Virus record (IMG/VR): IMGVR_UViG_3300028666_000026
Coordinates: 1-64,000 of that record
Length of the DNA: 64,000 nucleotides
Source of the DNA: a virus
Strand: one strand, 5' to 3'
Positions 1 through 9,351 of this stretch are shown piece after piece. The position numbers and the translations under genes are program-made. The notes beneath the pieces are model-generated. The model did not search any database, was not told the origin of the DNA, and worked only from the letters and a program-made list of their open reading frames with translations. Position 1 is the first letter of the stretch; every line of letters starts with the position of its first letter.

Positions 1-11
1 GTGGCCGTCAA

Positions 12-284
12 TTACCACCCACCAGGTTGGATGTTCTCAGTCCAGAACCAGCAACTGAAGCAGATGTTCTTCTTCAGCATCACACTCTTGACGTCGTCCG
101 TGTAACGCGTGCTGTATGGCTGAGTGCAAAGACTACAGGAATCTTGCAAGCCATTACAGGCGCGCAGCTCCTCAACAGTGTCGCAGCCGCCGGAGCAACT
201 GGACAGATTAGCCATGCTCGGGTACTCAGCACTTTCAATCACAGCGGCAGTGCCGTCCGTGCGCAGAACGAAGTAATAGCTCAC
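12..284 (-). CDS. hypothetical protein, Cys-rich
   Basis: ORF track 90 aa; same strand as and 4-nt overlap with downstream ORF; several Cys pairs. Confidence 0.35.
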   Translation of the reverse strand: MSYYFVLRTDGTAAVIESAEYPSMANLSSCSGGCDTVEELRACNGLQDSCSLCTQPYSTRYTDDVKSVMLKKNICFSCWFWTENIQPGGW

Positions 285-655
285 GCCACAGCCTCTTTCA
301 CAGTGACGCGTTTGTCATCACCAATAAGGAATGCTTCCAATGGAGCCGTAATGATTTTCAAAGCATTGCCGGCCACCCGCCAACCAAGCTCGTAACCGTT
401 CAATGCGTACACGGCACGATTGGCAAATGTCCAGGTGTGGCCGTTGTCAGGCAGATGCTTGATGCCACCTTCTTCGTTGACAAAGACTTTGGCAAACCGG
501 ACAGCAGGAATCATCTGCTCCACAAAACCGCCCACAGCAGTTTGCCACTCTTCCAAAGTGAACTTCTTACCGTTGACAGGCCGAACTGCTATAGCTTTGG
601 CATTCGGCCCTGCAAGGTACAGCGTACCGCGCTCTACTTTCTGTGGCTTCTTCAT
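281..655 (-). CDS. hypothetical protein
   Basis: 124-aa ORF, ATGA-type overlap with neighbours on the minus strand. Confidence 0.4.
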   Translation of the reverse strand: MKKPQKVERGTLYLAGPNAKAIAVRPVNGKKFTLEEWQTAVGGFVEQMIPAVRFAKVFVNEEGGIKHLPDNGHTWTFANRAVYALNGYELGWRVAGNALKIITAPLEAFLIGDDKRVTVKEAVA

Positions 656-951
656 ACCGTCACCGCCAACTTCTTGGCGCGACGTGCACGCTCAATTGGA
701 ATAGCAGCCTCAGCTGCACCTTTGCAATTCCATTCAGCATCAACCACAACGCCATCCAGCAACAGATGCCATGCATCATGGAGGAAGAACGCCCATGTCT
801 TGCTGGTTTGCAGCAACGGTTCTGGGCTAGTGGCCATATTTGTCAGTGCCAAACCCATGGCTGCTGCGTCCTTGACGCTCAGTGTCACTACGCTGCCAAA
901 CTCGAACTCAATTCGTACGCCATCACGAACTCGTTTTACTGTGTTATTCAT
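652..951 (-). CDS. hypothetical protein
   Basis: 99-aa ORF immediately downstream (minus sense) of motif copy 1. Confidence 0.4.
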   Translation of the reverse strand: MNNTVKRVRDGVRIEFEFGSVVTLSVKDAAAMGLALTNMATSPEPLLQTSKTWAFFLHDAWHLLLDGVVVDAEWNCKGAAEAAIPIERARRAKKLAVTV

Positions 952-981
952 CTCCAGGCGCTCCTTCGGTCGCCTGCTTCT

Positions 982-1003
982 ATTATAAACTAGCTAGTTT
1001 AAG
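982..1003 (-). promoter_or_regulatory. conserved early-region motif copy 1 (ATTATAAACTAGCTAGTTTAAG; TATAAT on minus strand)
   Basis: One of 5 near-identical copies; inverted-repeat core TAAAC-N6-GTTTA; intergenic. Confidence 0.5.
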
Positions 1004-2515
1004 TCACCTTTTACGCTGTAATCCTTTCAGCATCTTGATGCCATACTTGCGTTCGGCGTACTCTTTCATCGCATCCAGAAAGCCCTGCTGCTCGTCGCCC
1101 TTGCGCTTGAGGTTGCGCATCTTAGGCTCATCTACTGTGTTGCTAGTAACAAAGTGGTGCTTCATGACAAAGTCTGCTTTGTTGCCCTGCCGCCACACTC
1201 TGCGAAAGCATTGATCGTAATGATCGAAGTCGTCAGGTATGAAGAAGAAGCCCACATGCCGCGCATTGAACTTCTGCAAATTCAAAGCGTGACCGGCACT
1301 GGCCGGATGCACCATCATCAGCGGTAGTAAGCCTTTGTTCCACCGCTCAATGTAGTCGCTGGCTTGCGCGTTTGTGGTCTTGCCGTTGATGCAGGGAATG
1401 TCTTTGCCCAGCGCGTTGCGTATGGCCTCCACATCGTGATGGAATCCTATGGCCAACAACAATGGCTCGCCCTGTAACTCGCCATATAGATCGGCAACGG
1501 CTTCCACCTTGGCTGTGTGTAGAAATTTCACCGGGCGCACTTTGCTTGGCCAGCGATCATCATCGTCGCCAACGCGATCCATGTATACAGCGCCGTTAGC
1601 TATCTGTGCGCACTTGCTGCGAGCTGAGGCAGAGCTGGTCAATGGCTGCGTGAATAGCGTGCTCATCAGGCTTTCTTCTATCTGGTCATACTCCCTCTGA
1701 ATCTTCTCCGGCATTTCAACACGATGCAAACGCTCCGGCGTCTTGGGCAACTTCAAGTAGTCCTTGGCGTCCAGACGCAGCACCAGTGGCGCGACCAACT
1801 CATTGATCTGCTTGTCGGCTCCTGGCAATATCTGCCACTCGCGCATTTGGTAGCCAGTGGGGAAGAAGAACTGGTTGCGGTAGTGGCTCACGTATGTGCC
1901 CAACGCCGCGCCACGATCCAGAATAAATATCTGGCCAAACAAATCCAGGTAATTACGCGGTCGTGGACTACCAGTCAAGATATGTCTGCGCTTGAAGTAG
2001 CCTCTGTTTATCAGAGGTCGCAGTGCTCGAAAGCGCACTGTGGTGCTGTCTTTCCACCGCGAACTTTCATCGATGATAAGTTCGTCAGCGTCCAACAGCT
2101 TCAGACGTTCCTTCTTTTCTGTCAGCCAGCTGAAGCCCTCGGGGTTGATCAACGTTACAGGTTGATCTGTTAGCATGCGTAGTGCGCGGTCTTTACCCGG
2201 CCCATGTAGTATGGCTATGTCCAGCACATTAAAGTCGCGCCAGTCACTAATCTCGGCTGGCCACACGTCGTACACTGCGCGCAGCGGAGCCACTACCAAT
2301 ACGCGATGCGTCAGTCTTTTTTGAAGCAATACTTTTACTGACGCAAGGCTTATGCTGGTCTTTCCCAGCCCAGGATCGAGTAGCAGTCCGCTTTGTGGAA
2401 ACTCCAGCATGAACTTTAATGCGCGTTCCTGGTAAGGGTGCGGCTTCCATGGCTCGGCGTTCGACTTCCAGCCACTCATCTTTTGTGCTAACGACAGAGG
2501 TACTATATCCGTCAT
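1004..2515 (-). CDS. SNF2-family (SF2) DNA helicase
   Basis: PYQ Q-motif, Walker A LLLDPGLGKT, DESS (DExH-like) box. Confidence 0.8.
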   Translation of the reverse strand: MTDIVPLSLAQKMSGWKSNAEPWKPHPYQERALKFMLEFPQSGLLLDPGLGKTSISLASVKVLLQKRLTHRVLVVAPLRAVYDVWPAEISDWRDFNVLDIAILHGPGKDRALRMLTDQPVTLINPEGFSWLTEKKERLKLLDADELIIDESSRWKDSTTVRFRALRPLINRGYFKRRHILTGSPRPRNYLDLFGQIFILDRGAALGTYVSHYRNQFFFPTGYQMREWQILPGADKQINELVAPLVLRLDAKDYLKLPKTPERLHRVEMPEKIQREYDQIEESLMSTLFTQPLTSSASARSKCAQIANGAVYMDRVGDDDDRWPSKVRPVKFLHTAKVEAVADLYGELQGEPLLLAIGFHHDVEAIRNALGKDIPCINGKTTNAQASDYIERWNKGLLPLMMVHPASAGHALNLQKFNARHVGFFFIPDDFDHYDQCFRRVWRQGNKADFVMKHHFVTSNTVDEPKMRNLKRKGDEQQGFLDAMKEYAERKYGIKMLKGLQRKR

Positions 2516-2744
2516 CTTGCAGCTTCTCCCTGTGCCACTTCTGTAGCTTGGCTCTGCCTTTGGCCGTCTTGCCGTTTGGATCCTTGAACTCCACGATCAA
2601 CGGCACGCCACCCGGCACCCAGAATACGTGATCCGGGAATCCTGTAGGGTCCGTAACCTTGCTGACCGTCCAGCCCTTGGAGCGCCCTCTCGCTACAGCC
2701 CAGCGCTCCAGAGCGCTTTCTCTGGCTCTGTAGCGTGGGCTCAT
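2247..2744 (-). CDS. VRR-NUC domain nuclease (PD-(D/E)xK)
   Basis: N-terminal ~100 aa with VEFKDPNGK...K signature; C-terminal ~65 aa low-complexity and overlaps the helicase start (possible frameshift/overlap). Confidence 0.55.
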   Translation of the reverse strand: MSPRYRARESALERWAVARGRSKGWTVSKVTDPTGFPDHVFWVPGGVPLIVEFKDPNGKTAKGRAKLQKWHREKLQDDGYSTSVVSTKDEWLEVERRAMEAAPLPGTRIKVHAGVSTKRTATRSWAGKDQHKPCVSKSIASKKTDASRIGSGSAARSVRRVASRD

Positions 2745-2953
2745 ATAATGCGGTATTCCTGTATGTCTTCTAGAGCTCTTAACATGCGCTTTTCGTCGCC
2801 ACTTTGCACGGCAGCGTCAGCCGCGTTAATTGACTGCTGTACCATGCGCGTTGCTAATGCACTCAAGTCCCCTGTTAATGGTTGGCAATATGGCAGGTAC
2901 ACAGTTCGCAGCCAATCGCACTTATTGCGAATTGCTTCACGCAATACAATCAT
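2741..2953 (-). CDS. hypothetical protein
   Basis: 70-aa ORF, ATGA overlap with downstream gene. Confidence 0.35.
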   Translation of the reverse strand: MIVLREAIRNKCDWLRTVYLPYCQPLTGDLSALATRMVQQSINAADAAVQSGDEKRMLRALEDIQEYRII

Positions 2954-3156
2954 GTTTTTGCCCTCATTTCTTGCCCTCTACTGTTGCCCACACATTCGTG
3001 GTGCACTTCTGCGCCAGTTATGCCTAAACGCAACATCAATACTGTAGCAGCTTGCGGTGGTAGCAGCAATGCTCGCGCTGCGTCCAACACACCTGTTATG
3101 TAACAGCAGCGCTCCGGCGTGATGGCGGAAGCCTTTATAACTGGCTCGCTAGGCAT
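2950..3156 (-). CDS. hypothetical protein
   Basis: 68-aa ORF in tightly coupled minus-strand series. Confidence 0.35.
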   Translation of the reverse strand: MPSEPVIKASAITPERCCYITGVLDAARALLLPPQAATVLMLRLGITGAEVHHECVGNSRGQEMRAKT

Positions 3157-3778
3157 GTTCTGGCTCCGTCGAACATCCAGTGGCGTCAGACAAGGAGACT
3201 TTCTGATCTAAGAGTCGCGTATTATCCCAAATCCTTTGTAGCCAACGTGTCTGGTGCAGCGCGTCCTGCAGCGCGTTGTGTCTTACGCCCTTGAACGTCG
3301 GTTCTGGTACTGGAAACTGCGTCTTCATGGTTCGGAAGCATCTATTCATGTAGAAAGGCCAGGGCGCGTCCACATCGGCCTTCTTCATAGCGCATTGCAA
3401 TAATACATTGTCAAAGTCCGAACCGTTGCCCCACACTTCCAGGTTCGCTTCCAGATTCGCGCCTTGCGCTCTGAACCACGTACTGAACTGCATCAGCGCG
3501 TTGATAATGTGCACCGCGCGTACCGTTTGCTCGTCGCTGGCCGCGTTGAACACCATCCTAGCCTCCGGCGCTTGCCGGTTCCACCAATCTAGCGTGGCCT
3601 GGTCATCAGTCAACCCTATGAAGCGGCAAGACCGCCTGGAAATTGGCCCGGAGTAGTAGCACGGCCAATCGAGCTCCGCAACGCCAGGCGCGAACGCAAC
3701 AGCACCGATACTTATGATGCCACTGCCCGGCGCAGTACCGACAGTTTCTAGGTCAATCATTACGTCTGTGTAGTTCAC
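3149..3778 (-). CDS. DEDDh 3'-5' exonuclease (DnaQ-like)
   Basis: Exo I MIDLETVG; Exo III H-x-A-x-x-D (RHNALQDALHQ). Confidence 0.75.
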   Translation of the reverse strand: MNYTDVMIDLETVGTAPGSGIISIGAVAFAPGVAELDWPCYYSGPISRRSCRFIGLTDDQATLDWWNRQAPEARMVFNAASDEQTVRAVHIINALMQFSTWFRAQGANLEANLEVWGNGSDFDNVLLQCAMKKADVDAPWPFYMNRCFRTMKTQFPVPEPTFKGVRHNALQDALHQTRWLQRIWDNTRLLDQKVSLSDATGCSTEPEHA

Positions 3779-4062
3779 TGTTGCGCTCCCATTCTGATGT
3801 AATTGATGGCTAACTTCTTGGCTTCTTCCAGTACAGCCAGGTCAGCAGCTGGTAACTTGTGATTAGTGGCCGGCAGACCAGTTAGTTGTTGGTACGACGC
3901 TTCTTCTTCCATCCACGTCGCAACGCGGGTTAAGATGTTGCACGTCGCCGCGTGCAGGTCAGGCTTAGGCGGAGTTACAGTCTTCTTCTTAGTGGCCACG
4001 GTGTTCCTCCTTACATCTTTTCTGGGCAGGGGCCGCCCTTGCTCTTGGCGAATCGGCACCAA
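3775..4062 (-). CDS. hypothetical protein
   Basis: 95-aa ORF. Confidence 0.35.
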   Translation of the reverse strand: MVPIRQEQGRPLPRKDVRRNTVATKKKTVTPPKPDLHAATCNILTRVATWMEEEASYQQLTGLPATNHKLPAADLAVLEEAKKLAINYIRMGAQQ

Positions 4063-4772
4063 CTGCAGTGACGACCAGTCTTGGTCTTAAACTCTGTGTC
4101 TGACATCATCATCTTGGTACGTGCCACCCACTCGCGCTTTAGAGATTTTAAATCTTTCATGACAAACTCCTCTGTAGCACGTTGGCCGGTGTCAGTGTAG
4201 ATATGCTGGGCAGTTAGTTTTACGTCTGGGTTGCCGCCTGCCAACTTACCTATCTGAACTAACTGCAAACCTGCCAGTGCGTACAAAGATCGTTGTTGCT
4301 TATGCTCGTCATGTATACGCCCAGTTTTCCAATCAACTATTTCTACGGTGGGCGGATCTTTAGTTTCGGCACACGCATCTGTTTTGACACGCAGCCAAGC
4401 TCTATCCCAATCTTTCCAATCTACCTGTAGCCATTCGCGATCAAAGGCCCACAATTGTTCTGTAAGTGCCTTCTTCTTGCGCATGTTAATCAGTACGTCT
4501 TTGACATTGGTCAAGCTGACCTTGATGGGCTCGTCGCCCTTCTTAACTGGCGGCAATTCTTCTTCCAACACTGGTCTGGAACGACCTGTGCCGCTTACAA
4601 ACGTGTCAGCAATATCGTGGGTGCGGTTGCCTTTGATAAAGGCCGGGTTGGGCGGCTCGGTAATGCGCACACGTTGAATTTTGTCCAGGCACACAGAAAA
4701 TGGACATGCTATGTACTGCGTGTACACGCTGTATGACCACGACGTAAGTGTTGCGAAACGACCCTTGGGCAA
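4011..4772 (-). CDS. Cas4/RecB-like PD-(D/E)xK exonuclease with Fe-S Cys cluster
   Basis: VEIVDWKTG (D-x-K), QQRSLY (QhxxY), C-terminal CSWC...GGPC plus N-terminal Cys. Confidence 0.65.
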   Translation of the reverse strand: MPKGRFATLTSWSYSVYTQYIACPFSVCLDKIQRVRITEPPNPAFIKGNRTHDIADTFVSGTGRSRPVLEEELPPVKKGDEPIKVSLTNVKDVLINMRKKKALTEQLWAFDREWLQVDWKDWDRAWLRVKTDACAETKDPPTVEIVDWKTGRIHDEHKQQRSLYALAGLQLVQIGKLAGGNPDVKLTAQHIYTDTGQRATEEFVMKDLKSLKREWVARTKMMMSDTEFKTKTGRHCSWCRFAKSKGGPCPEKM

Positions 4773-4838
4773 TGTAGCTCCTTGAGACCCACTCGGTGAG
4801 AACTACGCTGATACAGAACGACGTGTAGCATATTAGAT

Positions 4839-5276
4839 TTAAGCAGTCACTTCGGCCTCCGTCACTTCGTAGCGCACTACGTGTTCGTTCAAATGGCCCA
4901 GCGCCATGGGGATTATCCAACGCAAGTTAGGCGCTAAAGTTTCTGGCAACCAAGGTACGTGCCAAGGACCTATTACTTCGTCCTCCGCAGTTCGCGCCGT
5001 CGCAACCATCACTGTGCTGAAGGCGTGAAAGAAATGAACCACCCAGCCGTTGCCGTGTAGAACAAGAAACTCACTCCATTCTTCCTGCGCAGTACTGACG
5101 CCAGTTTCCTCCTTGAACTCACGCACCATTGCAGCAAGCGGCAGCTCTGTATCTTCTACGTGGCCGCCGACGCCGTTCCATTTGCCAATGAGACATTCCG
5201 GTCCGCGGTTCTTCTTGATCAGCACTACGCGGTCTTTGTCTTCGCTGAACGCCAGCCCTACTACATACTCAGTCAT
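4839..5276 (-). CDS. NUDIX hydrolase
   Basis: Nudix box GGHVEDTELPLAAMVREFKEETGV. Confidence 0.75.
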   Translation of the reverse strand: MTEYVVGLAFSEDKDRVVLIKKNRGPECLIGKWNGVGGHVEDTELPLAAMVREFKEETGVSTAQEEWSEFLVLHGNGWVVHFFHAFSTVMVATARTAEDEVIGPWHVPWLPETLAPNLRWIIPMALGHLNEHVVRYEVTEAEVTA

Positions 5277-5866
5277 GGCTTAACTCCCTGCACAGTTTTG
5301 TCGTTGTTATAGCGCCCACGCTTGGCGTAGCCAGCCCATTCCGGCACGGCAGTGTGACGGAAGAACACTACCTGTCCCACGAAGTCGCCAACTTTGATGC
5401 GTATTGCATGATACCGAGTCAGGTTGGCTAACTCCAGGGTCAGCACCGAGCCGTGCCAATACGCGTCACACCAGCCAGCATTCATGTGCTCCAGAGCTAT
5501 ACGCCCCATGCTGGACTTCAGCTTGTACTCAGCGCTGAGGTTGGCTGGCAAGTTGAACACCTGCTCGCTCTGAGCCAGTATGAACTCACCTGGCTGAAGT
5601 ACGTACTCATCGCTGGGCGCTATCAACTTTACTTCGCGCATCTGCAATGGCTCGCGCCCACGTAGTGACACTGTGCGAATTAGCCTGTCTTGCTTCTCCA
5701 CGAGAATGGTTGGGCCCAGTGTGATGTCAATGGAAGACCCGTTGATATGGTCAGGCAGCGAGTTCTTTATAACGCCGCGCTTCTGTAACTCGAGAAGTTC
5801 TGTGTAGCTCAATAGGCTCATCCAACCAACTCCTGTGTGATCTTGTCTAGGTGTCGCAAACGCCAT
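5273..5866 (-). CDS. dcd: dCTP deaminase / dUTPase-fold protein
   Basis: Colinear similarity to dCTP deaminase: LQPGEF..LPANL..SSMGRIAL...AGWCDAYWHG..LELAN. Confidence 0.7.
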   Translation of the reverse strand: MAFATPRQDHTGVGWMSLLSYTELLELQKRGVIKNSLPDHINGSSIDITLGPTILVEKQDRLIRTVSLRGREPLQMREVKLIAPSDEYVLQPGEFILAQSEQVFNLPANLSAEYKLKSSMGRIALEHMNAGWCDAYWHGSVLTLELANLTRYHAIRIKVGDFVGQVVFFRHTAVPEWAGYAKRGRYNNDKTVQGVKP

Positions 5867-5973
5867 GGATGACCCCAGCCAGATCTACGCATCCTTACCT
5901 GATCCCAACCACCACGATCTACATGTTTCTTACCAGTTCTGCTTAAGCTCATCACCAACCACAGCTTTGTACT

Positions 5974-7908
5974 TCATGGTGCTGCCTCCTTCCACTTACT
6001 CAATTCTCCCCAGGACGGCCCAGATTCACCATCACTTAGCATTGGCACGTCTACCTCAATACTGAGCATACATTCACGTAAAATTTCTTGCTCTGGTTTC
6101 ATTTGCTTTGGCTTACAAGAAAACGAAATTTCATCATATACTGTGGTAAGAAATCGTCCGCGCCGCTTAGGGTGCGCGTCGTAGCGTATCAAGGTCTCCT
6201 TGGTCACGTCTCCGCCGCTACCCTGTAGCAAATAATTGAGTAGCTTGTAGGCGAAGTCCATGTCACGCCCGTAGAACTCGCTGTACTCCGGCGGCTCGCA
6301 GTAATATAGCCTTCCACCCCAAGTTCTGATCGGACCACCGTTAGGCCCGTAGTCCAGATCTTTCGCCAGTGCCTTCAACTTATCGTCTAACTCCTTGATG
6401 CTAGGCACAGCGGCATTGATGGCCTTCTGTATAATCTGGGCGACAGGCCGGTCTTCTTCCGGTAAGTGCAACGCGTCCATCAAGCCTGTAAGACCCTGGC
6501 CATACACACGCCCGAACACGCAGGTCTTAGCCGTGTCACGGTCGAAGCTATCGCGCAGCGCTGCTTCTATAAGACGGCGCTCAGACTCGGCGCGCACACT
6601 TTCGTGAATGTCAAACTTAGGGTCGCTCAGGAAACCCTGCATGACAGGGCCTTCCTCGAAGTGACCAAATAGACGCAGCTCCTGCTGATTGAAGTCGCGC
6701 TTGCCCCACTCGTCTCCCTTGTCTGGTAGGCAATATTGCCGCATGTATGGTAGGTCTGGCACGTCCAGCCAAGTTGGATGCAAGTACCCGGCAGAAGCTG
6801 ACCGCTTCCATTTCTTAGGAATGTTAAGGAAGTTAGGCCGCGAGCATATGATGCGTCCGCTGCGTGCTCCGGCGCTGTCCTTGCCCCCATTCTTGCTAGT
6901 ACGTACCTGCGACCAGTTAGGGAATATAACTCCGTTACCTGCCGTGCCCAGTTCCAGCCAAGGTTTGGCAAACATTGACACGCAGGTGGACATCTGACTG
7001 CGATATTGCAGCGCGTGGTACACACGCTTATCTTTGAACCTGTCTACTATGAGATGCTTCTTGCTGACGCTCAGCTGACCCTTGGCCGTCAATTTGAAAT
7101 CGCTGACAATGCCTTTGCTGTAGAGGGCCTGTCCAAGTTGTTTATCACTGTTGATGTTATCTATGCCCAGCCGTTTGCGCAGCCACTTGTCGGCCTTCTC
7201 TACGCCGTACTCCATTCTGGGCAGGTCAGACTCCAGCTTATTCATGTCCAGCCGCATACCCTCGCGCGCATTGCGCAGTAGTATGGGCATCAGCTTGCGC
7301 TCACGCTCGTATGCCGGCAGCATGCCAGCGGCCACTATTCTTGGATAGAGAAAATTGAATATCTTCAGCGTACGTGTCAAATCGCCCTTGTGATAAGGGC
7401 TGACTATGTTATACGGACACTCGCTAATGTAAGCGCCCCACTCGCTGGGCCTGCGCTTGGCTTCCGGCACATTGGCCAGAATCCACTCTTTCATGCGGTC
7501 TTGTTCTTCTGGCTTGATATTCAGCAACCGCTCAGCACTAGGCTTCAAAGCTAGCGAATCAGCGTGCGGGTTATCCAGGAACACCAAGTACATTGTGTCG
7601 TCTGTACGCTGCCACTCCGGCAGTGGTAGATCCCAGTGAGTCTCTGCCACGTCGTGATCGAACGTGCCGTAGTGAGTTAGCAGTCTGTACTTGCTGCGAT
7701 AGGCACGCAGAAGTTGGCCGCGCGCTTCACGCTCAGTGCAGTTATTCTTGCCTTCGGTGCGTCCACCGCAATGACCCCAGGCCATCAATTTGTAAGTCGC
7801 ATCGTCGGGCCATTTGATGGCCACCGACACAGGCTTCGGTGGGTAGTTGGGCCGTGGGTTAATTTTGAATGTTTCGAAGTCAATCACAATTACTGGGGGA
7901 GCGCTCAC
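5974..7908 (-). CDS. DNA polymerase, family A (with N-terminal exo-like DxE motif)
   Basis: Motif A DFNQQELR, motif B RIICSRPNFLNIP/ AKTCVFGRVYG, motif C VYDEI; N-term VIDFET. Confidence 0.9.
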   Translation of the reverse strand: MSAPPVIVIDFETFKINPRPNYPPKPVSVAIKWPDDATYKLMAWGHCGGRTEGKNNCTEREARGQLLRAYRSKYRLLTHYGTFDHDVAETHWDLPLPEWQRTDDTMYLVFLDNPHADSLALKPSAERLLNIKPEEQDRMKEWILANVPEAKRRPSEWGAYISECPYNIVSPYHKGDLTRTLKIFNFLYPRIVAAGMLPAYERERKLMPILLRNAREGMRLDMNKLESDLPRMEYGVEKADKWLRKRLGIDNINSDKQLGQALYSKGIVSDFKLTAKGQLSVSKKHLIVDRFKDKRVYHALQYRSQMSTCVSMFAKPWLELGTAGNGVIFPNWSQVRTSKNGGKDSAGARSGRIICSRPNFLNIPKKWKRSASAGYLHPTWLDVPDLPYMRQYCLPDKGDEWGKRDFNQQELRLFGHFEEGPVMQGFLSDPKFDIHESVRAESERRLIEAALRDSFDRDTAKTCVFGRVYGQGLTGLMDALHLPEEDRPVAQIIQKAINAAVPSIKELDDKLKALAKDLDYGPNGGPIRTWGGRLYYCEPPEYSEFYGRDMDFAYKLLNYLLQGSGGDVTKETLIRYDAHPKRRGRFLTTVYDEISFSCKPKQMKPEQEILRECMLSIEVDVPMLSDGESGPSWGELSKWKEAAP

Positions 7909-7930
7909 TGAAGTCTTACTCCTGTCAGGG

Positions 7931-8149
7931 TCATGCTGCCTTTTGTCGTAGCTTCAACTGCGCTCTGAGTTCTCTCAACTCACTGGCGCGCCGCACAGTA
8001 CTCATACGTCCGTACACCCGCATAGCACGCGTGACGCTACCTGTAAGCAAGATGGCATCCAACCAATGCCGAAGAATCACGGCATCATCGCACTTGAGCA
8101 GAGACTCATTAAGCTCTGCCCAACTTAGTTGAGTGACGTCTGGTTTCAC
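7931..8149 (-). CDS. hypothetical protein
   Basis: 72-aa ORF. Confidence 0.3.
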   Translation of the reverse strand: MKPDVTQLSWAELNESLLKCDDAVILRHWLDAILLTGSVTRAMRVYGRMSTVRRASELRELRAQLKLRQKAA

Positions 8150-8282
8150 TGCGCCCTCCTCTTACGTCGCTCCTCGTCTTCTTTCACAGCCGTCTTCACC
8201 AACGGCACACAGAGCTTTAGTAGCTCCGTGGCCGTGGTAAAGAAAGCGGCAATGGCTTTGTCTCTAGCATCGCCGGCATCGC

Positions 8283-9170
8283 TCATTTCTTCTTACCGCC
8301 CACGAACTTGCCAGACTTGCCGGCGTTTGACTTAGCAGGCGCTGCATCCTTCGTAGCAGTGGCCGAGTACGGCGTTTGCAGCACGCTTTGAATCTTGAGG
8401 AATCGCTTCTCCAACTCCACCAAGGTGTCATTGTCGGTGATGGAGTCCACGTATTTGAACTCCAGTCGAATTTGCGTCTTCTTGTCATCGTGGGAAGTGA
8501 TTTCAGTAATCACGGCCCACGGTGGCCGTCTGTAATCGCCGTCGGCGTCGCCCAACATCTTCACATATTCTGCGAAGTACCTGGTGTTGGTAGGCGACAC
8601 GTGCGCCAAACGCAGCTCTGCGGCTTTGGTGGTGTCGCTGTCTTCTAAGTCAGCAGCCACCAACAATCCCAGACGTATCGTATTAGAGCAAGCCTTGCCC
8701 TTGCCCACTGTAGCAGTGCCCATGATATTCTTGGGACATGGCGCGCTGTCATCTGTGCCATTGCACTGCGGCGATTGTTTGTTGACAACAGTGAAGTACG
8801 GCTTGACGGAAGGATCGGTGCCCGCGACTGTGGTACCAGGTTCGTCAGGGTTCGGCGCTGCAAACGCGTAGCAGTCTGGCGGCACCTTGTTCTTGGCGTC
8901 GTACACGCCATCGTACCACCGATTGTGCGGCGTACTGCCCAAGATAACGCACTCTATCGGCCCTTTGATCTCCACGCCATCCACAGTAATGGAGTTGTGA
9001 CCGAAGCTGATGCTGGACCCGTACACGCCCACATCCTTCACCTGTTCAGTTGACTGCTTCGCATAGGCTGCGAACTTCTCGTCCCAAGGCACCAAGGCCG
9101 TGGAGCCACCTTTCGTCGTTTTCTTTGCTGCCGTCTTCTTTGCTGCTGATGCTTTCTTGAAGTCTACCAT
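8283..9170 (-). CDS. hypothetical protein, Lys-rich termini (possible DNA-binding)
   Basis: 295-aa ORF; KK-rich N- and C-termini; no recognisable catalytic motif. Confidence 0.45.
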   Translation of the reverse strand: MVDFKKASAAKKTAAKKTTKGGSTALVPWDEKFAAYAKQSTEQVKDVGVYGSSISFGHNSITVDGVEIKGPIECVILGSTPHNRWYDGVYDAKNKVPPDCYAFAAPNPDEPGTTVAGTDPSVKPYFTVVNKQSPQCNGTDDSAPCPKNIMGTATVGKGKACSNTIRLGLLVAADLEDSDTTKAAELRLAHVSPTNTRYFAEYVKMLGDADGDYRRPPWAVITEITSHDDKKTQIRLEFKYVDSITDNDTLVELEKRFLKIQSVLQTPYSATATKDAAPAKSNAGKSGKFVGGKKK

Positions 9171-9351
9171 TTACTCTCCTTGCTGCAAGGGTTATGCTGC
9201 GTTGACTAACAAGCGTGTGCACTACGCTCAGTAGATAGAAGGCAAAATTTCTTCTGGATCAGTGTCGGGTGGATCATCACCATCGTCACTCTTGCTGCGC
9301 ACGTTCTCCCACTCACTATGCCAATGCCTGGCTTCGCTGTACAGGAACAGA

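Noticed and set aside
982-1003. Reading the conserved 22-bp motif as a complete sigma70 promoter
   Set aside because: TATAAT is perfect on the minus strand, but no conserved TTGACA-like hexamer sits 16-18 bp upstream in any copy. It is therefore reported only as a promoter/operator candidate.
437-2173. Plus-strand ORFs 437..988, 643..993, 1724..2173 in the leftward block
   Set aside because: They overlap better-supported minus-strand genes (helicase and neighbours), and their Ser/Arg/Cys-rich compositions are typical of antisense frames in GC-rich sequence.
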